From Convolutriloba macropyga (Eukaryota), in assembly GCF_964194025.1 (NCBI RefSeq), contig NC_134481.1, positions 46,252,001 to 46,316,000 of the forward strand: DNA of 64,000 nucleotides, in the 5' to 3' direction. Shown in pieces: positions 24,740-39,000 of this stretch (position 1 is the stretch's first letter; each line of letters starts with the position of its first letter). Made by a program: the position numbers and the translations under genes. The notes under the pieces were generated by a model, which was not told the origin of the DNA, ran no database searches, and saw nothing but the letters and a program-made list of their open reading frames with translations.

Positions 24740-27700
24740 GAAATGTGCTTTTTACGAATTTTGCAGGTTCTTTTTTGATTTTTTTGAGTTTAGAAGCTCG
24801 GATCTATTTTCTGTTCACGGGAAAACCATGCCCAAACTATAAAAATGCAAAACTTGAAAAATGCTAGCTTGCTGAAGAACTGTTCTCAGATCATTGTTCT
24901 CTCTGTTGCCTATTTATTGCAACTCAAGGTTCTCAAAAAGAAAAACATACGAAAACGCTGTAAATAAACCACGTACAATCTACGCAATTTTTTTGACCAA
25001 AATTGTGTTATTGCGAATGCTGATATTTGATTCTATCTTTATCTAAGTATAACTGGCCTGCGGAACGGACAGTATTGGTAACCAACAAGCTGGATTTAAC
25101 GGCAGGAGTCCAACTCAACCGTACTGCATAGAGACATCCGCTGCTCTTGTCCCTTTTCCCAGAGAGTTATTATTCCCTTCTAGCCTCTTAACCTGGGGAT
25201 AGCTGTTCCAGATCGAGGCGTAAATGACGAAAGGGCGCTGCAATGAAAGCAACTTGCGCATCGGTGGTCACACTACCATTTATCTTATTATAAGTGTAAT
25301 GAATTGATAGTGACCAGTGGAAAAACATCAAATGAGCGCTAAAGGCTTGCTGACGTTCACAATGAATTGGAAATAAGTGCAGCAGCTGCAACATCATTAT
25401 CATAGTCTAAATTAATTTTTTTAAGCCATAAAGCGATGGCTGAGCCTATTATTGGCCTTCTCTCGGTTTTTTTTATTTCGTCAACAGGATTTTTGTTACG
25501 TACATATGGCGTCGCAAATCTCCTTTCTGTTCATTCGTTCAAGCAATTTCACTTGATTTCTGTGCGCGAAGTCATTTTTCACTCTTGGCGAGTATTTTTG
25601 GTTCATTCTCGTTTATTATTATTTTGGTCACACGTGACTTACCTCACTCTCAAAAATGACTTCCTAGCTCTGAAATTGACATCTTTGCTTTAATTGCAAA
25701 ATATAAGGTCAATTGAGTGCCTGTCACTCAACTGAAGGGTATTTGAGGACGACTAATGCAGCAATGAGTTAAACAGATTTTTAATGAAAATATAACATCG
25801 CAGCTTTTAATTTTTTTAAAAAATTTTTTTGGTCTGTTTCTTTTACTAAGGTTCTGAGACTGCAGATTTACCAAGCTATTGCGGCTATTTTCTGGCAATC
25901 AGCCAACTATTATGGTAATTGCGGTCCAGATCTGCTTTGTTTTGGTCAGGGAAGGGCGAATTAACTGTGGTCTTTAGAATGCAACAAGATCGGTATGTTT
26001 TTGTTTTTCGATTTTGATATTTGTTTTGATTTTTATCAATTTTTGGGCAATTTGGAATCATTTCTCGCAATCTTAAGTTTAGTTAAGCAAAATGTACATG
26101 GATACAACGTTGCGCTATGCAAAGACTACAAAAATGTGACGTTTAGGTAAAAATGATGTTCTTGCGTGAAAGGTGCTTTTATGAAGTTGGCTGATTTTGT
26201 TGTGCTTGAAAACTTTGGTTCTATTTTTTCTGTTTACAAAGAAACAATGCAAAAACTGGAAATTTGAAGACTGCGGAATTTTGAAAAAAAAATTAATAAG
26301 TTGCTAAGGAAATGCGGTTTTTAATCACTTTCGGCTTTTTACTTTCGGTCTTGTCTATTTATTGCAAAGTTTTCACTACGAAATAAACGCTGTAAATAAA
26401 TCAGGTAGAAGCTGCGTTGACACTTTTGACCCAAAATTTGTTACAGACAAGGCGGCTGTCTATCTTCAGTTGAGCTGATATGTTGTATCTACTATTTGTT
26501 CTGATAGTTTTTACAGTTTCTTCTGGCGTGAAATTTTGTAACAAGATCAAAATTGACCTGAATGAAAGAGACTTGAATGTCTTAAACAGACTTAATTGAA
26601 CTTTTTAGGAACTAAGCAATATTGTTTTTTATCTGATTACATTGTTTTCTTATGCAATACTTTTTTTCCGAACGGAAAACTCTGATTGTGTCGTAAACTT
26701 GAATTGTTCTGATGTCATTTGCAAGGGGGTCAGTGTGTTAACGTAAATGTTTAGCAAAATCCAACTGTTTTGACATGGCGTATTTTCAGCAGATTCCAAA
26801 AAAGTTCATAATCTTTTCGGTTCATCTCGTTGGATCGCATCTGTATTTTAGTTCTTCAAAGAATAAATTGATTGCCTTTTTGCTTCGTATGAAAAAATTG
26901 CTCATTAATGTTCCCAGGCTTGAGGTATTGAGCTTGATTGAAAGCTGGTCACAAATTACATTTATTCAAAAAAAGTTTTTATTGTGAAGATGTTGTTTAA
27001 TGATAACTTTATAAACGTTCATGACACTTTTTTGTGCGTAACTTTTGTGTATATTTCATAAATTGATTGCATTTTTGCATCTTTTTTGCTTCGTATGAAC
27101 AAATTGCTCATTAATGTTCCCAGGCTTGAGGTATTGAGCTTGATTGAAAGCTGGTCACAAATTACTTTTATTCAAGAAAAAGTTTTTATTGTGAAGATGT
27201 TGTTTAATGATAACTTTATAAACGTTCATGACACTTTTTGTGTGTAAATTTTGTGCATGTTTCTTTGGGAAGTTTTCACTTTATCGTAATTGACTGTCAT
27301 GTCCCTATTGCGTGACTTATATTTACGTAATGTTTTCCCCTAAATATCCATGTTTCTTCTTTTAGTATCTACTATTTGTTCTGATAGTTTTTACAATTTT
27401 TTCTGGCGTGAAATTCTGTAGCCTGATGAAAAGAGACATAAGTAAAAGAGTCTAACTTTTTAGGAACTAAGGAATATTGTGTTTTTTATATCTGAGTCCA
27501 TAGTTTTTTAAGCAATACTTTTTTTCCGAACGGAGAACTCTGTTTGTGTTGTGAACTCTGATTGTGTCGTGATTGCAAATGACATCACAACAATTTTTAA
27601 TTGTTCTAATATCATTTGCAATTTGGTCAGTGTTTTAACGTAAATTTATCAGACGACAGTTCAGCAAAGTTATAACGTTTGGACATGGCATTTTTTCTGC

Positions 27701-28060
27701 AGATTGTAAACGTTTCAGAATCTTTTCTGTTCATCTCGTTTTTATCGCGTTTGTATTTTTGTTCTTCAAAGAATGAATTGATAGACTTTTTGCATCTTTT
27801 TTTCTTCGTATGAAAGAATTGCTCCCTATTTTGAGTACAATATTCCCAGGTCTGAGGTTTTGAGCTTGATTAAAGGATTGTCACAACCTAACTTTGTCCC
27901 GAGAAATTTTTGATTCTGTAGATGTTTAATGATAATTTGATGAACAATCTTGACACTTTTTGTGCGTCACTTTGTTTTTTTTATTTTGTGTTTCTATCGT
28001 TATCTACTGTCCTGCCCTTACTTCGTGCATCATAGTTACGTATATTTTTCCTTAAGTTTC
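24740..28060. repeat. Block of nested, locally duplicated repeats
   Basis: 24800-25020 resembles 26220-26450; 26485-27050 resembles 27365-27970; near-identical ~210-bp tandem copy 26875-27060 / 27083-27260; family A element at ~25420-25915. Confidence 0.65.
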
Positions 28061-29461
28061 CTTATAAATTTCTCAATGCCATATTTAGTCCGTATTTCCA
28101 TCTAGAAGTGTGTCCTCTAATTTGTTTCTGTCTATTGAAAACAACCGCAGATTGACAGATAACTAATAAAAAATATTATGTACCCAAAAGCCTAAATAGT
28201 TACTTTTTAAATTCGTTGAAGATGAATTTTGTATCTTTGGTAATTATAGTTAAGAAAAGTCATCTACTTGATATGAAATAATTATACTGATAATGTGTGT
28301 ACTAATACGAAAATTGTATATATACCTGACCAACATTAGGAAACGTAATAAAGCCTAAAATTGCTCAACTTGGAGATCAGTTATTATTTACGAAGAACCA
28401 ATACAGCTCGAGGTATAACACTGCGGAATCGACAATCACCAGAACACCGGAGAACCAGCCTGATGGTCAGTTGAAAGCTTTGTCTTGAAACTCTCATAAT
28501 ATCTTGTAAAATTTATTCTTTCTTGAAATATTATTTTATAAAATAAAAGAATGATTTACCTTGAAAATCGTTGTCCAATTTCTAAGTTGTAATAGACATT
28601 AAGGGAGCTCATATATAGCAGTGAAAAGCTATCAAATTACACGGCAACTAGTGGATGTATCACGAATTCGAACCGCTCAAATAAAGGCTATTACTAGCTA
28701 ATTGAATTGAAATTATATCCGCTTAAATTGCACTATTAAATTGCACAATTATAATAAGTCCTTGTAAGATGGCGATATTTCTTATTAATTACTGTGAATT
28801 TTAACTCCAAAACACCCACAAAATAACCCTCAAAAGTTAGTGATCCAGGAGTCCGTAACCCGGTGCATACCGTGATCCAGGTGCATACCGTCTCAAGCAG
28901 TTACATTTACTTGTGCTGAAGCTAAAACAGTTTTTATCGTTTGAATTAGAAACACATTCTGTGTGAAAATTCTGACAATCCGTTTTGTATGTGAATGTAG
29001 TTGATGATTACGTTTTAGAAAATAATTACAAAGTTGGTGCATGTTTTGTCAAACTTTGTGCAACGCTTGCGGAGAGTTTTAGTTCCTAGTCCTGCAGAGC
29101 AGTCGAGTGGGGCCTATTTTCTGAAGTGGGTTACTATTTCAAGAGCAGGTTTTAAAAAACGAATCCTACAGTGAACAAAGTTGCCGTTTTGATAATTTTC
29201 CACGAAGATGACAGGTTTTCTCAAAAATGGCAGCATTTTTAAGCCGGCATTGATGAACGAAATGTCGCTTGGAGGCTATATATTATATTGAATGGCCTGT
29301 AAATTATCATGGCCACTCTCAAGCCACTTTTAAATTATACCAGCGAGGGTTAATGTTTTCATCAGCAGAGAAACAGCCCAATGAACCATTAGATTATGTT
29401 TTCAGGTTTTGATGAAAAATAATGAACTTGTTATTGAATTGAGTGGAATCTTAATCTATCC

Positions 29462-31973
29462 ATGATGCTTATCAATTTGCAAGATAGACTTAAAAAGAAC
29501 TGGTTTCTTGTCAGCATTGTAGTTGTCATCTTGTTAGCCAGATACGAACCATGGATTGGAGCCAAAGACGGACCTTTGATGCCAGAGATCACTGTCAAAT
29601 ATCTAGCAGTGTTCATTATTTTCTTCAACAGTGGACTCTCAATCAAAACTGAAGAATTTTCAAGAGCATTTTATCAACTCGAAACCCATGCATTCATTCA
29701 GTTGTTCACTCTGTGTTTTATACCACTATTTGTGAAATTCTTGATTCCATTTTTGACAAAGCTTGGGATTTTGGAGCAACTTTTGACGGGGTTTCAGGTC
29801 GTAGCGTGTATGCCACCTCCGGTGTCTTCGGCAGTGATTTTGACCAAAGCGGCCGAAGGGAACGAAGCGGTGGCGATTTTCAACTCGGCTTTCGGAAGTT
29901 TTCTTGGAATTTTTGTCACGCCGATGTTGCTTTTACAGCTTGTCGGTAAGTTTTCAATGCGATTAAATTTTATTAACAGCATAAAAATTGTCATTTTCGG
30001 TAACATTGTGGATGCTTAAACGTTTTGAAAGATTTGATCGCAACTGATTCTTTTATTTTGTCATCTTTGACTCCAAACTAAATTTATCAGTAACAGTTTC
30101 AACTTAACACCTGGTTAATATCAAAATGTAAATTAATGAAATCTTGGTTCACAGCCCATCATTGTTACTATTATCCATTCGGCCCGAAGTGGCTTAAATT
30201 GCTGGATTCAATTTTCTAAAAAAATTGCTCCTCATTTTCCTTAAATTATAACCTTAACTTCAAACTCGTGTCTTGTTTCAGCAATGTAAGTTTCGATCTA
30301 TCGATTATAATGTTCTATTTGTTAATGTTGTTATTTATATGCTTTGCTTCATTTTGAGACTGTTGTTCTGGTCCAATTTAAGTTGGGGGAGGGACTGAGA
30401 ATTTTATTTTCTAGATGGCAATTTACTTTGTCATGAAACTCATGGTCGATGGTCATAATACGGTCATTTGACGGAATTTCAGTCAGATGTGGATGATTGA
30501 TATATGCTATGGTAACAGAAAGCTTCATACAGTATAATTTTTTTCTCTTTAAGTATGATCAGTGCCTAGTAAGCATGATTTTTGCTCGTTTTTTTGTTGA
30601 ATTTTAAGTGATCTCGTTCGCATTGTCTCTCAAGCAGAAACGATGACTAAACCGCTTGGCGCTTTTACTGTTTGCCAAGTTTTACCGTGCGCGATATCGG
30701 ATGTTCATGGACAACTATACAAGAAGAGCTCAACCTAAGATCAAGTCATGCATAGTGCGGGTTCTTTTGAAATTTTGTTCACTAACTTTTTCGGCTTTTT
30801 TCGTACATTATCGAGATTTTTCTATTTTTTTGCTACAAAACTGTGTTTTATATTACCTTTGTGTATGCATATAAACACGACCTAAAATAATAGTTTTTAG
30901 CCAGAAAAAGTCAAAACTCGCCATAATTGTCACAAAATTGAAAAAGTTAGTAAACGTTGTCATAAAAGCACCGAAAACCACAATAACGCAGTAGGTTTGC
31001 GCAAAGCATTTTACGATGAAATTTTCTGGAAGTACAGTTAGACGAATGCGCAAACAATGTGGAGTTTCTTCAAGAAATGCGGCAAAAATCCAAATTGAAG
31101 AATAAAGCGTTTTCGATTGAAATGGTGCTTTAATATGCTCGAAAAGCTTTTCTAATTTTGGTAGAGTTGTTTTCAGTGATGAGAAGAGTCGTCTCCAGCG
31201 ATGAAATCGCTCATCACCAATTTTCAACTTAAAAACCCACATGGACCTTCCTAATCTTTATATAGATCGTTGTTAGACTTCAGGTTTAAATCACTAACAG
31301 ATAAAATCTCTGCTTTAAAGTAATGAAGGTGGCGCTTACTATGAAAATTTCATGTAGTTTCGAAGGTTAATTTAATGTTTTTTTTACAGGAACGTCTAGC
31401 TCTGTGCCTCTTAGCAAAATTTTCAACCAGCTGTTCTTGACTGTTGTGCTTCCAATTATTCTGGGTAATTCAATCAGAAGAAACTTCAGAGAGGTTCTGG
31501 ACAAACAGAAAATACCCTACAGCCTGATCGGGAACTTAGTTCTACTTTTAATAATCTTCACTACTTTCTGTGACACATTCAGCAGTTCAAACTTCGAAAT
31601 GGACAGAATAAGTTTAGCCCAAATCGCTTTCATTGTTTTGTCATTTCAGCTGTTTGTTTTGAGTTTATCCTTTTATCTAAGCACACATCCAAATTTGGGC
31701 AAGAGGTTGGGCTTCCAAGCTGCAGATACGGTGGCAATTATTTTCTGTTCAACGCACAAATCCCTCACGTTAGGAATTCCGATGTTGAAGATTATCTTTA
31801 GCCAGGATCCGAACTTGCCTTTATATTCGATTCCATTGCTGGTCTATCATCCTACGCAGATACTACTGGGAGGGGCTTTGGTTCCGACTGTCAAGAAATG
31901 GATGGTGAGAGAGCAGAGGAAGAATGGCGGAAGTCATGACTCGGAACCAGTTTCTGAGTTGCCGGATGTGTAA
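29462..31973 (+). CDS. SLC10A7: Sodium/bile acid cotransporter 7; join(29462..29945,31390..31973), 355 aa
   Basis: GPLMPEITVKYLAV..IFFNSGLS, CMPPPVSSAVILTKAA.GNEA.AIFNSAFGSFLGI, FCDTFS, FCSTHKSLTLGIPMLKI, PLLVYHPTQILLG; phase-1 intron g|gtaagt...tttacag|ga. Confidence 0.96.
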
Positions 31974-33037
31974 ATGAGGGAGGGTGAAAATGTACTAAAT
32001 TTAGTGCTATGAGAATTGTTTCCTTATTTTTCTCCAAAAAATGAACACCCAGTATTGTCCGCTGCAAATTTTACCTAAATTGAAAATGTTTTATATTGCT
32101 CCGCACTCAATCCTTGGAGAATGAATGCTTACCCCTGTCAATTTTTGAGAAAATTTTACTTAAACTTGATTTAGAGTATTTGCGTATGGGTAATATTTGA
32201 TAAAAAGCATGCAGCAATCGTCTTGTGACTTATTTGAAAAATTTCGCTGCCTCTAGTACGAATCACCTTTTTGCTCGTAATAAATAATTTCACAGGCATG
32301 TCATAAATGTTGCATGCCTTGACAATATTTGACACTTTTTCAAACATTTTGATTGTATTTGACATTTTCGCGCGTATTTTACGACTTTTAATTTTGTGAC
32401 AGCTTTTTCCTGTTGGTATATAATAAGTTGAAGAACAACAAGGAAGCAGTTTTATCATATAAATAGTCATCAGAGTAATTGAGGGCTTGTTTGGTTGTAA
32501 AAAAACATATCACTGATGCCGGTGTGGTAATGTGTATACACGTGTCGATTTACATGGAGCGGTTTGTTCTCGTATTTCGTATTGAAGTGTGTATACTTTA
32601 TTTATATTTTCTGAATTGTAAAATTGTCTATTTGGTCAACTTAATTGTACAGAATTAATTTATTGGTATGACACGTGTTCTTAACCTCCGTCGAGTTAAT
32701 GACCCCAGACCAAATAAATTCATCAAAACTTCTAGTTTCGTTAATTCTTTTTTTTGAGTACACGTAAGTGGAAGTCTATTTCTTTTGAATAGTAATTTTA
32801 ACACAACAACCGAAAGTAGCTTGCCATTTAACAAGGGCGGGATCAGTAATTGCTCGACGAGAAAGTTTATAAATGTCTATAAATGGTCACATTTTAACGG
32901 CACGTGATATTAAAAGGGCTCATTCAGATGAACGCACATCTGAATCTGAAATGAAATTTTTCAGGTTATTTTGTCACTTTTAATAGTCGGCTGGCATATT
33001 CGCAATATTCTTTGCTAACCGTGTTATCACAACAACT

Positions 33038-36000
33038 ATGGGCCGAGGCATTCAACAGAAATCTCTCAAGAGGACGAAGCGTGAACGAGTGAAAAACCGA
33101 TTGGCTAAACTGGAAGCTGTACAGAAAGCCAAAGATGACGGTACCTACATTCCGAAACCCTGGGAAAACAGACCTCTGATCCAGGAGTTATACTCGTTTG
33201 CAATCAAGAGTCACAAGACACAGAAGGCTGCAGATGCGGAACACCAGAATGGCGATGGACAGAGCACGGCTGGAAGTGACGGTGATTCTATCATGGATCT
33301 CGGTAAGAACTTTGTAAGTGGGGGTGGTAGAGTCGGGGGGGGGGGGTGGTTTCGAACTAAATTTGAAACAGTTATTGTAGTCGTATGCAAATTTGACGGT
33401 TCTATCGACTGATACGCCCTTGAGTTCTTGAATTCTACATAAAGTCGAAGCAAAAATTGGCCGAAATTGGTTTTACTTTTTCACTAACCATATTACTCCC
33501 GGTCTTTTAACTTCTGATAAAATTTTTAAATCAAACTGTAAATTTCACTTATATAATCAAAAGAGAAACACCTTACTGTCACGTACATGCGAATCACATC
33601 ACAAGGTATCATTTGAAAGTTTAAATAGCAAGGGTTATTCATATTTGGTTGTTCGTGTTTTCAACGTAAAATTTGGGCATAGATGATCTCGATTTTTTGC
33701 TCAATTGAATATTCTGCTGTTTTCTTAAAAATTTGGTTAAACTTTGTTTATTAACAGCTGCGTTTGCGTTAGCTGAGTGGAGCTATTATTGGCCTTCTGT
33801 TGTTCTTTACAATTCAAAGTGCTGTCTCTCCACTCATTTTTAATAGCCGCACAGCGATAGCTGGGGCTATTATTGGCCTTCTCTTGGTTTTTTACAATTC
33901 AAAGAATTTGAAAATTGAATTGTATTGGGGCGCTGTGTTTTTTTTAAGATGTGTTCACACATTTTTCAATGACTTTGATCTTTCAAAACGGGATAAACAG
34001 TTAAAGCCCAGCGGGCATTAAGTTTCATTAGAGGCCCAAAGTGAGCTTCAGTAGCCCTTCAAGTGCTTAGAGTGGCGCAGCTGCTGAAATGGCCTTAATT
34101 AAAGGTTAAAAGGTCATTTTTAGGTGTTTTTGGGCTCCAAAATGTTGCAATTTTTCATTTTTTTTGTAATTTTTTTAAATTTTTTTTGTTTTAGTCTTAC
34201 TTTGAAGTTTTTGAAAAAGGATGAAGGCCTTTTGTGAGCCAAAATAACTTGTTATGATCTTTTAATGAGCTATATGTTTTGGTACTACAAATACAAACAT
34301 GCAAAATGATACTAATTTTTAAATTTTTTGTTTCAAGTTTTTTGAACATTTTTGTCATTTTTGAGTTTTTCAGCTTCAGGGGCCAGGAATTTTCCTTTGT
34401 GGTTTGAGACTAGAGCACTGCATGGTTTCTAGTAATAACGAATTGGTTTTCAACATTTTAATGTCTCGAAATTTGGCATTTTTCATATAAAATTTGCAAT
34501 TTTTTCAAGGTTTCCTAAAGTTTTTGTTAATTTTTGATATTTGTCCATTTTAAAGTGCCAGAAAACCTATTCCACTGTCTGATTAAAAGTTACTGAATGG
34601 TTGTTGGCTTCAATAGATTTGTTATCAACAATTTAGCTTTTCGATTTTTAGAAGTTTTTTGATAAAATTTTCTATTTTTTTTCAAGTTTTTTCAAAACGT
34701 TTGTTTTATATTCAGTTTTTCTTGCCTCAGTAGCTAACCTCATCCAGGGTTTGATTATAGGTTATTAGATAGCTGCTAGAGGGCAATTGAACGATTTTCA
34801 ACATTTTAATATATAGAGTTTCTATTTTTTGAAATTTGAGATTTTTTCTAAAAAGTATTGCCTATCGATGTTTGAGCCAATGGAATTTTTAATGCTTGGA
34901 ATTGGGTCAATGGATAGCCTCTGGAGACACAGAAATGATTCTGGAAATATTAATAGCACATTTGTCAGTAAAATTTTAATAAATTTTGCAATCGATTTCA
35001 TTTTTTATATTTTTAGGTCATTTTTGAGTTAATCGATCTTCAAGGGCCAATGAATTTTTTCAGGTCATGCAGATATAATACTGGACCGATTTCAAAAACA
35101 AAAAATGGCCTTGAACATATTTTTGAAACATGTATTTTTAAAGGGATGAAATTTTGCCAAAGGGAAAAAAGCTTCAGGAGTTTTAGTAATGAGTATGTTT
35201 TTGTTTGATTGTTTTAGTTTCTCAATTTTTTGCGATGATTTTGTTTGTGTTTTGGCTGTCTTTTTTCCAATTGATCTGCTGGTCAGTCAGAGTACTTTAG
35301 TTTTTCATTCAATTCTTTGTATTATTTTTTTAGGACTTGTCCTGCTATGTTTTTTTTTTCGTCGTCATGATTTTTGTTACGACCTTATGACGTCACAGCC
35401 ACTTTTTGTTCATTCGTTCATGCAATTTCAACTGAATTGCATGTGTGACGTCATTTTTCGCTCTTAGTGGAGCGAGTTTTTTTTGTTCATGCGCGTGATT
35501 AAATTTTTGGTCACACTTGACTTACCTCACTCTCAAAAATGTCTTCCTCAATTTGAAATTGACTTTTATTTACTTAAATTCAAAGAGATAAGGTCAAATG
35601 GGTGTGTGTCACTCTAAATGAAGGTTATTCGAGATCAGCTAATAGAGGTAGCAATAACTTATACAGATTTTTAATCAAAATATAACATCAGCCTTCAATG
35701 AAAAGACGAATTTTTTTGGTCTGTGTTTTTTACTGTTTTTTTTAGACTGCCGGTCTACGAATCTATTGCGGCTATTTTCTGGCAATCTGCCAGCTATGTT
35801 CATGATTTTTGATGTCAAATTGAAGCGATTATTTTGGTCACGCCGAAACAGGAAGTGGAGCGAAAAAGCGAGGGGTTTTGCGGCGTAATTTTTTTCACTC
35901 CAATTTCAAAATAGAGTGACTCTCCTTTGTAGTTTTTTGTTTACATGTGGCAATTTGATTTTCATTTTTTCTTTTTCAATTTTTTTATCTGATTTTTTTT

Positions 36001-39000
36001 CTAAGTATTTTTCCCAATCCATTTATTGTCGATTCTAGGTCTAGTTGTTTGCTTAGTCAAAGAAATTCTTTGAATTGTATCAGGAATTGTCCCCCTATGT
36101 ATTTTTTACTTCGTCGTCAAGATTTTTGTTGACAAGTGACGTCACGTTTGCTTCAAATCAGCGGTAAGTTCATTCTTTCTTTCCAATTTTGACCGAATTG
36201 GGTTTGCCACTTCATTGTATCTTGTGTTGCAGCGAGCTTTTTTGTTCATTTGGGTATTGAAATTTTTGTCACAGGTTCTTTGCTTAATTTTCAAAGATGA
36301 ATTTTTTAACCCCGAAGATTTTGCTTAATTCAACCGAAATAGATTAAGGTCAGCTGAGTATGTTACTCTGCTTGAAAGATATACGAGGGCAGGTAAAAGA
36401 AAAACAAGTTATACAATTTATTCTAAGTGACATAAGCACTTAAGCAATAAAACTGAATAGTGATCTGTTTTTCATATTCTTTTGGCAGCAAAAAGCTCAA
36501 ATTTCAGTTTGCAGTCTTTTTTCATATTCTTTTTGAGACTGAATGTCTACAAATCTATAGCAGATTTTATCTTGGAGTCTGTGATCTAAATTAATTTAAT
36601 TTTGATCTGGTTGACCTTGTCCTACACGGTAGCTTATACAATTTCCGGACGCTTCTCGGGAGTTCTCGGTAACTCTCTGGAGTTTTAGTTAACTAATCTT
36701 TAAAATGAATAATTCCACTGACAAAATTCAACTTTCAGCAGATTAATTTGAGTCTGATCAAATTTTTGAGGCATATGACGAACTTGTGCAGCAATTTTTT
36801 AAGCTGTAAATTGTTCCTGATAAACTTTTTAACGAGTACGACTGAATGAAGGATGCGCGAGCGCAATCAATTTGAAAACATAAGACCTACTTTCCGGTGG
36901 AATGTGACATCCGACATGGAGAGAATATCTATAGCCTTTTCAGGACAAGTTTAAACTTGTTTCAAAGCTTTGATCTTTGTCTTAACACTTTAAAAAAATA
37001 TCCGGCTTCCAAAAAGTAAAGAGGTTCTATCATGTCTACGTTTATTGCAATTTGTTTTTCCTGTAACGATCTGTTTTTGTCGATGTTTTTTTTCTCCTTT
37101 TTTAAAAGGATTGGAACCATTTTCTCAAAATAATTTGTCAGCAATTTGGCTAGCCTCGCAGTAATCTTTTACTCTTTTGGAGATGTCGTTAACATGTAAA
37201 GGAGAGTCTAAAATTCTTAAAACTATTTACCTAGAAACGCCATTGTTGAAATTGATATTTGCCGGAATACAAAATTTGGAAGCGTTCTAAGCCATTTTTC
37301 AATCATATTTGTAACGAAATTTTAACGCTCCGTCATCTGTCAGTCACAAGGAAACTTAAAAGAGCAATAGTTGGCGTCACGAAATTAGAATATAGCTGTT
37401 CGTTGCACCCGCTTTTTGGGAAAATTCTTGTGCGAAATTTAGTGGAAATATTTTCCAGGACTACTTGTATTTTTTGTTTTCTAATTTCTCATTGTATTTT
37501 CTAATGATAGCATCTTTTGTACATTTTTCTTTTAAAAAGAAAATTGTTCCTGGTTTTGAAATGTGTAATATTTGTAATCAATTTGTTTTGAAACCAAATC
37601 GCTTCCTGTTTTGAAGTGTATTTCGGTCTCTCATTTTGTTTAGGTGAACTCTCTCAAAAATTTTTTTAATTTAAAACTGAAGTTGGGGTGATGATTTGGT
37701 CGAAGCTTTGTGTTGATCCTTTCTGGTGAATAAGCGTGATATAAGCTTGTTCAGGACAGTATGGAAAACATCGTTTGCAATGCAATCTTTAGGCAGGGTA
37801 TGCGAATGCTATCCTTTTGAGTACTTTCAGTTATGGCACTCCAGTCATTTCCAAATCCCGGACCTGGTATTTTTTGTCTAATTTATTAATGGTATGAGAA
37901 TAGCTTTCAATTAAAAGCTCGTAAAACTAAGCAGTTCAAATTGTTGTTTTATCAATGTCAATAAAAAAGGTTTTTCCGTCGCAGTTGCGCATTTGAGCAG
38001 TTTTTGTTGAAAGCGCTGAAAATAGTTGTCAGATATGTTGTCAGTTATGCTGCATTCACCTTATATTCTTTCTCCGACATAGTGCTGAAAGTTTTTTTTG
38101 TCAATTTGGTCTATATAAATTGCCGTTGATTGGTGGTTTGAATGATTTTTTTCTGTTAATCATGTTTTTGTGGATCTGAAAGTAGTTTTGTTCTCCATAG
38201 ACAATGGCGGGCTCTGTTCAGTGTTTATCGACATTAATTTGTCTCCCGAAGGAAATTTTGCTCTGCTTACAATAACAGGCTTGTCTCGAGTCTCTCGACT
38301 CAGTTTAATAAATTTTTGTCATAATGCAATGGTTGGTTGTTGGTCTCAACAAACAATAAAGTTTTGTCTTTTGAAGAATGTGCTCTGGAACCTTAAGAGC
38401 TGAGTTTTTCAGATAGGGTCTGATAAGTTGTACTAAGATTTTTGCAAATTTTTTGTCGAGCAACTCTATCTTAACGGTTCGCCCACTTCAAGCAACATTG
38501 ATTCCGAAAAGTATTATTTTTAACTCGGCAAACATTTGATGTTTTACGTTTCACTCTGGGGCTTCTCTGGAAATGCCGAGAAGTCCAAATGCCTAGAGGT
38601 CAGTGTTCTGAGTCTTTGTAAGAATTTTCCATTTATCTAGTTGCTGGAGCAAATTTATGAAGTCTTTTTTTTTCGTTTTCAGCGCTACCAGCACTATTTA
38701 AAATTTTTAACGATCATTATTTAAGATTTTCAAAGCTTTTCGGGAATGCGTTAGTACCTGATCTATAGGATTTTTCGACACCTCGAGAATGATTTTGGGT
38801 GATATATTTTACAAAGATTGAGAGAACAATATTGTTTCAATTAGTCTTCTGTTTTTGTGGAAATCGACGCAGTTTTGTTCTAAATAGACAGTGGCTGACT
38901 CTGTTCCATATTTATCTACATTAATTTTGTCTCCAAAAGAAAATTTTGCTCTGCTGGTTATTAGGAACGTGTTTTGAGTCCCTTCCCTCAGTTTCCTAAA

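Noticed and set aside
24384-25403. GC-richer ORFs 24388-24741 and 25188-25403 as genes
   Set aside because: No recognisable homology or consistent splice structure; embedded in a repeat block.
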